64,000 nt of DNA from an uncultured Pseudomonadales bacterium (GTDB lineage Bacteria; Patescibacteriota; Microgenomatia; UBA1400; UBA12028): assembly GCA_964635905.1 (NCBI GenBank), contig CAZWPK010000001.1:68894-132893 (forward strand), written 5' to 3'. A model generated the notes under the pieces. It had not been told where the DNA came from and made no database searches. It worked only from the letters and a program-made list of their open reading frames with translations. Position numbers and translations under genes: made by a program. Positions 9,553 to 17,839 of this stretch are shown here, piece by piece (the first letter of the stretch is position 1; each line of letters begins with the position of its first letter).

Positions 9553-10257
9553 ATGCATCGATATCCTAGCAGTCTTGTTACTAAAGCTAGAACGCTAAGA
9601 AGTACTGGGGTCACCTATTCTGCTATTCAGAGAGCTTTGAAAAGAAACATTCCGAAAAGCACATTATCGGATTGGTGCAGTGGTGTTACGTTGCCTGATT
9701 ACTATTCAGAAGATATCCAAGAATTAAACTTGTCTAACCTTCATAGAGGACGTGCAATTGCGGCTGTTTCAAACAAACATAAAATTGAGATGCAAAAGCA
9801 AGCCTTCTACGAAAAAAACCTGCCGATTTCAAATCACATACTGGATCCAGACACTGCAAAAATTGCGCTCGCTATGCTTTGCCTTGGTGAAGCCTCAAAA
9901 TCTAGAAAAGGTGGGACGACAGTTTTCTATTTGGGCAACACTGATCCGCGAATCATCGTGCTGTTTATACAATTACTAAAGTACTGTCTTCCATATGACA
10001 TTGAGAAAGTCCGTTGTACTGTTCAATGTAGGGCAGATCAAGACACTAAAGAGCTGGAGGAATATTGGATAGGAGTCACTGGAATTCCAAAAAAATACTT
10101 TTATAAACCTCAAATAGATCCAAGGACTTTGGGTAAACCTACTCAAAAGAAAAACTACAAAGGCGTTTTAAAAGTTGAATATCATGATAGAAGAGTTCAG
10201 CTTGAGCTGGAATCTTTAGCAGATCTGTCTTATAATCGGATATCTCAGGGCCCGTAG
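9553..10257 (+). CDS. hypothetical protein, N-terminal HTH-like segment and weak LAGLIDADG-like pattern
   Basis: 234 aa. LAMLCLGEASKS then IIVLFIQLLKY is loosely reminiscent of a degenerate LAGLIDADG block. The stop overlaps the 5' end of tRNA-Ala. Confidence 0.4.
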   Translation: MHRYPSSLVTKARTLRSTGVTYSAIQRALKRNIPKSTLSDWCSGVTLPDYYSEDIQELNLSNLHRGRAIAAVSNKHKIEMQKQAFYEKNLPISNHILDPDTAKIALAMLCLGEASKSRKGGTTVFYLGNTDPRIIVLFIQLLKYCLPYDIEKVRCTVQCRADQDTKELEEYWIGVTGIPKKYFYKPQIDPRTLGKPTQKKNYKGVLKVEYHDRRVQLELESLADLSYNRISQGP

Positions 10258-10318
10258 TTCACCGGTAGAATAATTCGATGGCATCGAATAGAAAGGGGTT
10301 CGATTCCCCTCGGGTCCA
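10248..10318 (+). tRNA. tRNA-Ala (anticodon GGC)
   Basis: Hand-folded cloverleaf. Acceptor GGGCCCG/CGGGTCC with a G3:U70 pair and A73. D-arm GTTC-ACCGGTA-GAAT. Anticodon stem ATTCG/CGAAT, loop ATGGCAT. T-arm AGGGG-TTCGATT-CCCCT. CCA is not encoded. Confidence 0.75.
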
Positions 10319-10351
10319 CAAAATCTTATTTTTCTTCCAGGGAAAATAGTA

Positions 10352-10735
10352 TTAAAGCATTCTCAATACATGGGGCAAGAAAATTCTGACTCCGATCACT
10401 GCAGCAGCTGTTGCAGCAATTAAGACTGCTCCCGCCGATAAATCTTTAGCTTTCCCAAGTTTCTTGTTTGCATACGGGACGTGGCAATCATCACGGATCA
10501 GATTAACGAGCTGCTCGATCGCTGTATTAAACGTTTCTGCGCTCAAAACTAACCCAATTGCAAATAATAATTCAACCCAGTCTGCAGAGGATAAGGGAAA
10601 GAAACAAGCCACGATTAGGACCACAATTGCGGCAATCGCATGCACTTTCATGTTTCGTTCTTGAAAAGAAAGCTTGACCCCGTTAAAGGCATAGATAAAT
10701 CCCTTAAAAAATTTCTTCATCCTTTGATGATACAA
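10352..10735 (-). CDS. dgkA: diacylglycerol kinase / undecaprenol kinase family (DgkA)
   Basis: 127 aa and 3 TM. SAETFNTAIEQLVNLI and KAKDLSAGAVL match the DgkA signature (E-x-NTAIE, KD-x-SAAV). Confidence 0.8.
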   Translation of the reverse strand: MYHQRMKKFFKGFIYAFNGVKLSFQERNMKVHAIAAIVVLIVACFFPLSSADWVELLFAIGLVLSAETFNTAIEQLVNLIRDDCHVPYANKKLGKAKDLSAGAVLIAATAAAVIGVRIFLPHVLRML

Positions 10736-10752
10736 TATCTACACATTCTTTG

Positions 10753-10823
10753 GGGCTGTTCGTATAGTGGTAATACATAGCATTCGCATTGCTAGAACGG
10801 GGGTTCGATTCCCCCACAGTCCA
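10753..10823 (+). tRNA. tRNA-Ala (anticodon CGC)
   Basis: Acceptor GGGCTGT/ACAGTCC with G3:U70 and A73. D-arm GTAT-AGTGGTA-ATAC. Anticodon stem TAGCA/TGCTA, loop TTCGCAT. T-arm GGGGG-TTCGATT-CCCCC. Confidence 0.75.
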
Positions 10824-10900
10824 CCCGTATCCTTCTTCAAATTTGGTTTTCCTTGTTTCGTTAAAAAGTGCTATTCTTATTCCTTAAAAAGGAGAATCCT

Positions 10901-11113
10901 ATGGCAACAATTGAAGAGCAAATGGAGAGAGCACATCATTTCGCTGACACCAGTTCAGTGATTGGTAGGGGATTTAGGCCATCACCTGGAGTAAAGGAAA
11001 TAGAACTCAATGATCCAGACCTAACGACTGAACCCGGAACAAAAGTAGATCTTTCAAAAGAAACGCAATCACCATTCATGCGTTTTCTACGAACGATACT
11101 CCGGAGCAGATAA
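10901..11113 (+). CDS. small hypothetical protein (70 aa)
   Basis: ATG at 10901 is preceded by AAAGGAGAATCCT (SD-like) and sits in frame within track ORF 10868..11113. Acidic N-terminus. Confidence 0.4.
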   Translation: MATIEEQMERAHHFADTSSVIGRGFRPSPGVKEIELNDPDLTTEPGTKVDLSKETQSPFMRFLRTILRSR

Positions 11114-11339
11114 CGGCTTATTTCCCAACCACTTGCTTTAGGGCATCAAGCACAAACTGGACCACAAACTTAATCAGTTGTGCGCCAAAGATAATCGTCT
11201 TTTCAAGAATTGACGTTCCTGCCTGTATAGCAACACGTTTAAAATCGTTTTTATCGGGTTGGTAGGGGGAGTTGTAGGCCATGGGCATAGTATACTCCAG
11301 ATACCGACATGTCGTCACGGTGCTACAATAGTAGGCTCT

Positions 11340-12311
11340 ATGTCCGTGATTTCTGTAAAAAATCTCACTAAAACGTTCCAAATTAGCCAAAAAGACCCTG
11401 GTTTTTGGGGTGCAGTTCAATCCTTTGTGCATCGGAAAACGATTCCCATGACGGCAGTGGATGGAGTATCTTTTAGCATCGATAGTGGCGAACTAGTTGG
11501 ATTTATCGGTCCAAACGGTGCGGGGAAAACGACCACTTTGAAGATGCTTTCTGGGTTACTTTATCCCTCAGATGGAAAAGTGAAGGTATTAGGGCATACA
11601 CCCTTTGAACGGAAGCGGGAATTCTTGCGGCAAATCTCGTTGGTGATGGGACAGAAAAATCAGCTATGGTGGGATCTTCCTGCAATCGATACTTTTTTAC
11701 TGAATAAAGAAATCTACGAAATTGAGACTGACAACTTCAAAAAAACGTTGGATCGTTTAATTGAACTTTTACATGTTGGTGATGTGCTAAAAACTCCGGT
11801 TCGAAAACTGTCCCTGGGGCAACGGATGAAAATGGAATTGATTGCGGCGCTCTTGCATCAGCCTAAGGTTCTCTTTTTGGATGAGCCAACCATCGGTTTG
11901 GATGTAGTAGCGCAATCCTCGATGCGCGAGTTTATCAAAGAATACAATACAACCTATGGGGCGACCATTATCTTGACGAGCCATTACATGGAAGACGTCA
12001 AGGAATTGTGCAAACGGGTCGTTATGATTGACCACGGAAAAGTACTCTTTGACGGTGCATTGACTGACTTGATTACCAAACACACGAAATGGAGGCGTAT
12101 AACGCTTCGACTTGAGAAGAAGGTGGATGAAAAAACGCTTGAAACGTTTGGAATTGTCAAAAAGAACGACCATCCCATCGTTGTCATCGATGTTGATCGA
12201 TCAGCAACCAAACGCGTTGCCTCCACAATGTTAGCTACACTCCCAGTTGCAGATATTGAAATTAGTGAACCGAAAATTGAAGATGTTATTCGGGATGTAT
12301 TTATGTCCTAA
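11340..12311 (+). CDS. ABC transporter ATP-binding protein (ABC-2 exporter type)
   Basis: Walker A GPNGAGKTT. ABC signature LSLGQRMK. Walker B LLFLDEPTIGLD. H-loop TSHYM. Start placed at MSVISVKNLTKTF; the longer track ORF is an upstream in-frame extension. Confidence 0.85.
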   Translation: MSVISVKNLTKTFQISQKDPGFWGAVQSFVHRKTIPMTAVDGVSFSIDSGELVGFIGPNGAGKTTTLKMLSGLLYPSDGKVKVLGHTPFERKREFLRQISLVMGQKNQLWWDLPAIDTFLLNKEIYEIETDNFKKTLDRLIELLHVGDVLKTPVRKLSLGQRMKMELIAALLHQPKVLFLDEPTIGLDVVAQSSMREFIKEYNTTYGATIILTSHYMEDVKELCKRVVMIDHGKVLFDGALTDLITKHTKWRRITLRLEKKVDEKTLETFGIVKKNDHPIVVIDVDRSATKRVASTMLATLPVADIEISEPKIEDVIRDVFMS

Positions 12312-12437
12312 CCAGAATGCGTGGAAACCACCATTTTCGGTAGACATGATCCGTTCTGCTGTATCTAGAAGTAGAAAGATGTGGATAGATCATGTCTTGA
12401 AGTACGCGGTGAATGTTCTGGTAATGGTTAGTATGAT

Positions 12438-13235
12438 ATGAAAAGACACGTTGCCTTATTTTTACTCCATATGCAGGATGTGCTGCAGTATAAGCTGCGT
12501 TCCTTGGTGTGGATGCTGGTCAACTGTACCGGAATTGGAATTTTAATCATTTTTTGGATGGCAAAAATACATTCCAATCCGTCCGCATACACCAACGCGG
12601 ACCTACAGACATTAATTTCGTATTACTTACTCATGCTTCTGTGTGGCAACGTATTGATTTCGCATACGGAGACTGATGTCTCGGTCTTGGATATCCAAAA
12701 AGGCGAACTTTCTAACTATTTGCTCAAGCCCATTTCCTATCTGGTCATGAAGTTCTATGGGGAGATTAATTGGAGAATTCTCTCTGGCTTTTGGGCAGTT
12801 CTTCTGCTGGTTGTGGTTTGGCTATCGGGATTTCCGATTCACATTACGCAGTCCCTTGGCTTGATGCTGTTGTTTCTGGTCAGTGCATGTCTGGGATTTC
12901 TCATTTCCTTTCTCCTTACCATGCTACTTGGATTAAGCGCAATCTGGGTTACCTCGACCAAAGGTTTGTTTGAGCTCTACGAGGTCGTCCTATTATTGTT
13001 CACCGGATCCATGATTCCGTTATCGCATTTCCCAGAGCAATTCAAGACCATGGCCTACCTTACACCGTTTGCCTCGATTCTTCCCATCCCTGTGGAATTC
13101 TTGCAGGGGATTCCGCACGGACCCACGATCTTGTGGAGATTGGTGCTGCAGCTTCTCTGGCTGACGATCTTGTACCTTGGATACCGGGTGATCTGGAAAG
13201 TTGGGGCTCGAGCCTATAGTGGGGTAGGACAATGA
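12438..13235 (+). CDS. ABC-2 family permease subunit
   Basis: 265 aa and 6 TM. It is translationally coupled to the next permease with a 4-nt overlap and lies downstream of the ABC ATPase. Confidence 0.7.
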   Translation: MKRHVALFLLHMQDVLQYKLRSLVWMLVNCTGIGILIIFWMAKIHSNPSAYTNADLQTLISYYLLMLLCGNVLISHTETDVSVLDIQKGELSNYLLKPISYLVMKFYGEINWRILSGFWAVLLLVVVWLSGFPIHITQSLGLMLLFLVSACLGFLISFLLTMLLGLSAIWVTSTKGLFELYEVVLLLFTGSMIPLSHFPEQFKTMAYLTPFASILPIPVEFLQGIPHGPTILWRLVLQLLWLTILYLGYRVIWKVGARAYSGVGQ

Positions 13236-14020
13236 AACGCATTGCAAACATCTATCGGCAATTGTTTAAAGCCAACTGGAGCAAAACCTTGGTCTATCGG
13301 ATGGACTTTATTAACAGTGTGCTCTCCGGTTTCTTATGGGGAGGCTTTAGCATCATCACGATTAGCTTATTAACCTCCAATGTTTCCCAAGTAGCGGGGT
13401 GGAAATCCGGAGAGATTCAGATGCTCAACGCCGCATACTGGGTGCTCGCTGGTATTTTTCATCTTTTCTTTACCAAAAACTTTTCAGCAGCCGCTCGAAT
13501 GCTTCATTTCGGAGAGATTGATAGCTTAGCCCTAAAACCCATCAACACGTTATTTCTGTTAACCACCAGCGAAATTGCCTATGCGTCGACGATTCGTATG
13601 ACAGCCGGGATCTTCTTTCTGTCCTGGTTAGCGGACCGTCAGGGGATCGCGTTATCGCCGGAACGCTGGGGACTTTTTTTCTTGATGGGGATTGCGGGGA
13701 TAGCAATCCTGTATGCCGTACACGTTTTGCTAATCTCCTTGTTACTCTGGAGGAGTTATCTTTCTAATCTGCTGGAGTTGGGGTCCCTATATATGTCCAC
13801 TGCGCGAAATCCCGTGGACTTACTCCGCTATGTGCCTTCCGTACTTTCTCCAGTCTTTTTTATCGCGCTGATAACCGTCAGTATCCCGACACAGTTTTTG
13901 CTTGGAAAGGGAACGCTGGAACGCGGCGGACTCTTGATCGGAACAGCAGTGATGTTACTTTTTTTTAGCACACGCTTTTGGAATTATTCCTTGAAACGGT
14001 ACACCGGTGCAAGTGGGTAA
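13232..14020 (+). CDS. ABC-2 family permease subunit (second)
   Basis: 262 aa and 6 TM. Start overlaps the previous stop. Confidence 0.7.
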   Translation: MKRIANIYRQLFKANWSKTLVYRMDFINSVLSGFLWGGFSIITISLLTSNVSQVAGWKSGEIQMLNAAYWVLAGIFHLFFTKNFSAAARMLHFGEIDSLALKPINTLFLLTTSEIAYASTIRMTAGIFFLSWLADRQGIALSPERWGLFFLMGIAGIAILYAVHVLLISLLLWRSYLSNLLELGSLYMSTARNPVDLLRYVPSVLSPVFFIALITVSIPTQFLLGKGTLERGGLLIGTAVMLLFFSTRFWNYSLKRYTGASG

Positions 14021-14176
14021 ATCGGTTCATCTCTGGCAAGTTACCCCCACCACAGCTTCGATGTTTCACTGGAGTAGTCCACACTCTTTTGCACAAAAGC
14101 ATTGACTGTGTGGATAACAACGATCGGGTTTTCGTACGACGACAACAAAAAGAGACGAGGTGCCGTCTTTGGGGGT

Positions 14177-14205
14177 TTGAGTACTGTCAAAAAACAGGCT
14201 ATAGT
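14177..14205 (+). promoter_or_regulatory. sigma70-like promoter candidate for the pilin genes
   Basis: TTGAGT (14177-14182), 17-nt spacer, TATAGT (14200-14205). ATG at 14219 gives a near-leaderless transcript. Confidence 0.4.
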
Positions 14206-14218
14206 AGGAAGATAGGCT

Positions 14219-14755
14219 ATGGCAGTGACACGTCAAAAATTCTTTCTCGATTCTGGTTTTACTCTTCTTGAGTTAATTGTTGTGATGGCAATTATTGGCA
14301 TCCTCGCAATGCTGGCGGTAGGCAACTTTCAATCCAGTCGAATCAAAGCTAACGATGCACGACGGAAGAGTGATTTAAAACAAATCCAGGCTGCTTTAGA
14401 ACAATATCATGCAGACTTTGGAAACTATCCTGGATCTGCCAGTAATGGAACTATCCTAGGTTGTGGAGCGGGGACGTCAACGTGCAGTTGGGGTGCTGCC
14501 TTTTCGATTACTGGAGGGGCAGTGTATATGAGTAAATTGCCCTCAGATCTGTCTCCTCAACGGTACTATTATGTGGGAAGCACAACAGGTCGATCTTACC
14601 AACTGTTTACCACCCTACAAAATACTCGAGATAATGACAATACCACCTTCACTGCGATTGCACCCAACTGTGCCTCCACGGGGACACTGGCGTGTACCTA
14701 TGGAGTATCCAGTTCAAATGTCACGATCGGTAGTGCTGTATCTACCATGCCATAA
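14219..14755 (+). CDS. type IV pilin / pseudopilin (prepilin-type N-terminal cleavage/methylation domain)
   Basis: N-terminus ...SGFTLLELIVVMAIIGILAMLAVGNFQ (class III signal, G|FTLLE). C-terminal Cys pairs (GCGAGTSTCSWG; CASTGTLACT). Confidence 0.85.
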   Translation: MAVTRQKFFLDSGFTLLELIVVMAIIGILAMLAVGNFQSSRIKANDARRKSDLKQIQAALEQYHADFGNYPGSASNGTILGCGAGTSTCSWGAAFSITGGAVYMSKLPSDLSPQRYYYVGSTTGRSYQLFTTLQNTRDNDNTTFTAIAPNCASTGTLACTYGVSSSNVTIGSAVSTMP

Positions 14756-14765
14756 AGGAAATGCT

Positions 14766-15263
14766 ATGAAGATCAAAGTGCTTTCGCGTTTTGTCCTCCA
14801 ACAGGGGTTTAGCTTAGTGGAATTGATTGTGGTTATTGCGATTATCGGAATCCTTACTGGACTAGTGGTAACCAATCTTTCTGGCGCTCGGGAGCGTGCC
14901 CGTGATGCACGACGAAAAGCAGATCTTCGGGCTATACGGGATGCACTACAGCTGTATCAAAATGATTATGGTGCATTTCCTGGAAATAATGCTTCTGGCC
15001 AAATCTTAGGTTGTGGAGCCTCCGGAACATCTGCCTGTGCCTTTGGCAGTGCATTTAGCGCAAATGGGAATGTCTATATGGGGCGTATTCCGCAGGATCC
15101 ACTCAATCGGAGTACCTATGTGTATCGCTATGCGGCAAATGCAACCGTCGATTATTTGTTGACAACAAACCTAGAAAACATCTCCGATCCGGATATCGCC
15201 AAATCACAAACGCGTTGTAACGTGTCGACAGGTGGAACACAATACGTGGTGTGTAACCAATAG
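14766..15263 (+). CDS. type IV pilin / pseudopilin paralog
   Basis: MKIKVLSRFVLQQGFSLVELIVVIAIIGILTGLVVTNL. Shares the YxxDxGxxPG...ILGCGA...C..G.AFS core with the upstream pilin. ATG 14766 is in frame with the longer track ORF. Confidence 0.85.
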   Translation: MKIKVLSRFVLQQGFSLVELIVVIAIIGILTGLVVTNLSGARERARDARRKADLRAIRDALQLYQNDYGAFPGNNASGQILGCGASGTSACAFGSAFSANGNVYMGRIPQDPLNRSTYVYRYAANATVDYLLTTNLENISDPDIAKSQTRCNVSTGGTQYVVCNQ

Positions 15264-15308
15264 GAATACTATTGACCCCAGTACACTTGAGACTATAATC
15301 AGATATCT

Positions 15309-15599
15309 ATGACAGAGACTACCCTTTATCGACAACTTACAATTGAACAGGTAACCGCAGCAATAGCTCGTAGTCTAGAGGATGCGCGATTCACTGACCA
15401 ACAACAGGTTTTAGTAATCCTACTTGCGCAGGCCCGCATGCTAGCACTAAACGCTCATGTAGGGATCTATAAAGTAGCAGAGGAGAAATCGCAAACTAGA
15501 AAAGTCCAAATCGCTTCCGCGTTGCAATATTTTGCCAGCCGAGCTGGAGAGTCTGATATCTTTGCCGCCTACGAAATCATTCCGGCACCACGGGACTAA
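15309..15599 (+). CDS. hypothetical protein (96 aa)
   Basis: ORF only. Position follows the pilin pair. Confidence 0.4.
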   Translation: MTETTLYRQLTIEQVTAAIARSLEDARFTDQQQVLVILLAQARMLALNAHVGIYKVAEEKSQTRKVQIASALQYFASRAGESDIFAAYEIIPAPRD

Positions 15600-15613
15600 T
15601 GATTGGTATGTAT

Positions 15614-15645
15614 TAAAACCGCCCCTGATGGAGCGGTTTCTTGCA
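15614..15645. terminator. hairpin between convergent genes (bidirectional terminator candidate)
   Basis: AAAACCGC-CCCTGATGGA-GCGGTTTC, with T-runs on both strands. It lies between the + gene ending 15599 and the - gene ending 15665. Confidence 0.35.
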
Positions 15646-15664
15646 TTCTATTTTTCAACTAACA

Positions 15665-17800
15665 CTATTCCTCCGGCACATCCGGAATCGCCGATGCGGA
15701 GGCAATCCCTGCGTCATCCGTCAAGCTGACGGGGGTGTTGACTTTTGGAGTGGCACTTTGGGTCGCCTCAATGGCTTGTGGTCGAGGCGTTGCTGTTGGC
15801 TTCGGGGTTGCAGAAGGCGTTGCTGTCTGTGTCGCCGCTGCGCTGGCGGCATCCCCCAGTTTCTTGCGTAAGGCATCTGCTTCTACTTTAATTTTTTCAT
15901 ATTGTGGATCATCTTGTTTGATCAGAGTGAGAGTCTTATCTAAGTAGGCAAGCTGTTGTGGTTCCTTTTTTACTTCTTTTGCAATATCAGCCAAGTTAAA
16001 GTACGCATTAGCGTAATCTGGTTTGAGTTGGACGGCCTGTTCTAATAATCGAGTAGCCTGGTCTAAGTTTTTCGCGCGGCGGAAAACACCGGCTAAATCA
16101 ACCCGGATTTTAGGATCCGATGGCGCTCGTTGAATGGCTTGAACATAGGCAGCAACTGTCCATTGGTCAGCTTGTTGTGCAGCTCCAATCAGTGCTTCAT
16201 AGATGGTTGCTAAGGTTTGCCAGTTGGCTACATTAGCAGGATCAAGCGCTACTGCAGCTTTTGCTTCATTAATCCCTTGTTGAATCAAGGTGAGCGCTGT
16301 CTTTCGATCATCCTCCGAAGGTTCTTTTTTTTGTGTTAATCCTTGGGCAATCAGTACGTTCGTGTTTGCAAAGGAACGGCGAAATTCCTCATGATGGGGA
16401 GCGATTTGAATTGCACGTCGTGTTAAATCGTACGCATCTTTTGCCTTATTTGCTCGAATGGCAGCTAATGATTGATTAAAAACAGTTTTGGCAATCGCTG
16501 AACGGATGTTAAAGAAAAGGGCAATTCCAGAAAGAGCGCACAAAACCACACAGACAAATCCCAAGACACCAAAAGCAACCTGACGTTCATCCTTACTTGT
16601 CTTATCCTTCGCGTTGACTAATGAGAATTCCGACTCCTCCACTCCCTCACTGGGAAGAGAATAGGAACGGGTATTTGTTGCCCATACCATTGCCAACAAG
16701 GTAAAGAGAGCAAGCAAAATGACATTGACGGGGAGAAGAAGGAAGAGAATGACGATCGTTAGGGTTGCGGCGGCAACAGGTAAGTCTTGTTTCTGTGTTT
16801 TTCTCAGTAACGCAAGAATTCCCAAGCCAATGAGAGCTAGTGCTGATAAACCGACAATTCCATGGGTCACCACAATATCGAGTGGGAAGCTACGAGCATT
16901 TGCGTATCGAATGAACCAGAACTCACCTTGGTTCATGGCAACAGGGCGCAAAATGCTAAAAGCATTGAGATAACTTTCAGTTCCAACCCCTAGGATTGCA
17001 GTACGTGGATTTTTAAGCACATCGAGCGCAATACTCCAACTTTGCTGAAAACTCATTAATACTGGACTTTGTGGTTGACCGGGAAGCAAGAGAGAGGCAT
17101 TGAGGAGCAATCCTAAGACCATGAGTCCACTCATCGCAGCGACAACCAATTTTTCTACAGTTTTCTTTGAAGTTACAAAAAATGTGAGTGTAGCAGCCAA
17201 TGCGACGATAAGCACCGTGGTATTGAGAAGAGGACCTCCATTGGGAAAGATTCCCGAGAGGGTGGAGTTGCCCGCACCAATCAAGGGGTTGAGGTTTATT
17301 CCAACCCGATCGAGCGCAGAAAGGATACTTATTATTACTCCACTGGCACCCAAGGCGTAGACAATTTTTGACGTTAATCGACTATGTAGCAACGCCGTTC
17401 CTAGGAAGTAAAGTAAAGCACAAGCAATATAAAACATTCCTGTCCCAGTCAGAGCTGCCATTTTATTTGGTGCGGAAACAACGATTGACATTAATGTCGA
17501 GAGGAGTAAGACAATAAATCCAAGGTTGAGTGGGGTGCGTGTGATCACTAACTTACGACGGAAAAAGGAAAGAACTGCAAAAAGAGTCAAACCAATCAAC
17601 GCTAGGGCAATGACAATCAGTCGTTTACCACCTTCAAAACTCTCCGGTAGAAAAGGGAGAAAAGCCAACGGAAGCAAGAATGTTAATCCGACAGCACTAA
17701 CGGCACTGAATTTGGAGAGAAGTGAGTTGCGCATAAATAAAACCCTTTGTAGAGCTAACAACCGGAGTATAAGGTTATCGAATATTCTTTCCTTCCACAA
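15665..17800 (-). CDS. O-antigen ligase-like (Wzy_C) polytopic membrane protein fused to C-terminal TPR repeats and a Pro/Thr-rich tail; candidate pilin/protein O-glycosylation ligase
   Basis: About 12 TM in the N-terminal 400 aa, with a loop motif RSFPLDIVVTHGIVGL resembling the ligase H-N-x-x-L...E-x-G-x-x-G block. The C-terminal 250 aa carry TPR-like helices (AYVQAIQRAP, DYANAYFNLADIAK). The tail is ATQTATPSATPKPTATPRPQ. Confidence 0.55.
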   Translation of the reverse strand: MWKERIFDNLILRLLALQRVLFMRNSLLSKFSAVSAVGLTFLLPLAFLPFLPESFEGGKRLIVIALALIGLTLFAVLSFFRRKLVITRTPLNLGFIVLLLSTLMSIVVSAPNKMAALTGTGMFYIACALLYFLGTALLHSRLTSKIVYALGASGVIISILSALDRVGINLNPLIGAGNSTLSGIFPNGGPLLNTTVLIVALAATLTFFVTSKKTVEKLVVAAMSGLMVLGLLLNASLLLPGQPQSPVLMSFQQSWSIALDVLKNPRTAILGVGTESYLNAFSILRPVAMNQGEFWFIRYANARSFPLDIVVTHGIVGLSALALIGLGILALLRKTQKQDLPVAAATLTIVILFLLLPVNVILLALFTLLAMVWATNTRSYSLPSEGVEESEFSLVNAKDKTSKDERQVAFGVLGFVCVVLCALSGIALFFNIRSAIAKTVFNQSLAAIRANKAKDAYDLTRRAIQIAPHHEEFRRSFANTNVLIAQGLTQKKEPSEDDRKTALTLIQQGINEAKAAVALDPANVANWQTLATIYEALIGAAQQADQWTVAAYVQAIQRAPSDPKIRVDLAGVFRRAKNLDQATRLLEQAVQLKPDYANAYFNLADIAKEVKKEPQQLAYLDKTLTLIKQDDPQYEKIKVEADALRKKLGDAASAAATQTATPSATPKPTATPRPQAIEATQSATPKVNTPVSLTDDAGIASASAIPDVPEE

Positions 17801-17839
17801 TAGCAGGTTTTTTAACTTATCTCTAGAGGGATCTCTATG

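Noticed and set aside
11118-11432. 104-aa minus-strand ORF overlapping the ABC ATPase start
   Set aside because: Its N-terminal half overlaps the 5' in-frame extension and start of the ABC ATPase gene. At most a 57-aa C-terminal piece (from MPMAY) could be real, convergent with the 10901 gene, and that is too short to support.
14571-14765. Upstream extension of the second pilin ORF (track start 14571)
   Set aside because: It is in frame with the end of the first pilin gene's region. The Met at 14766 gives the canonical short pilin leader (MKIKVLSRFVLQQGFSLVE) and follows the first pilin's stop.
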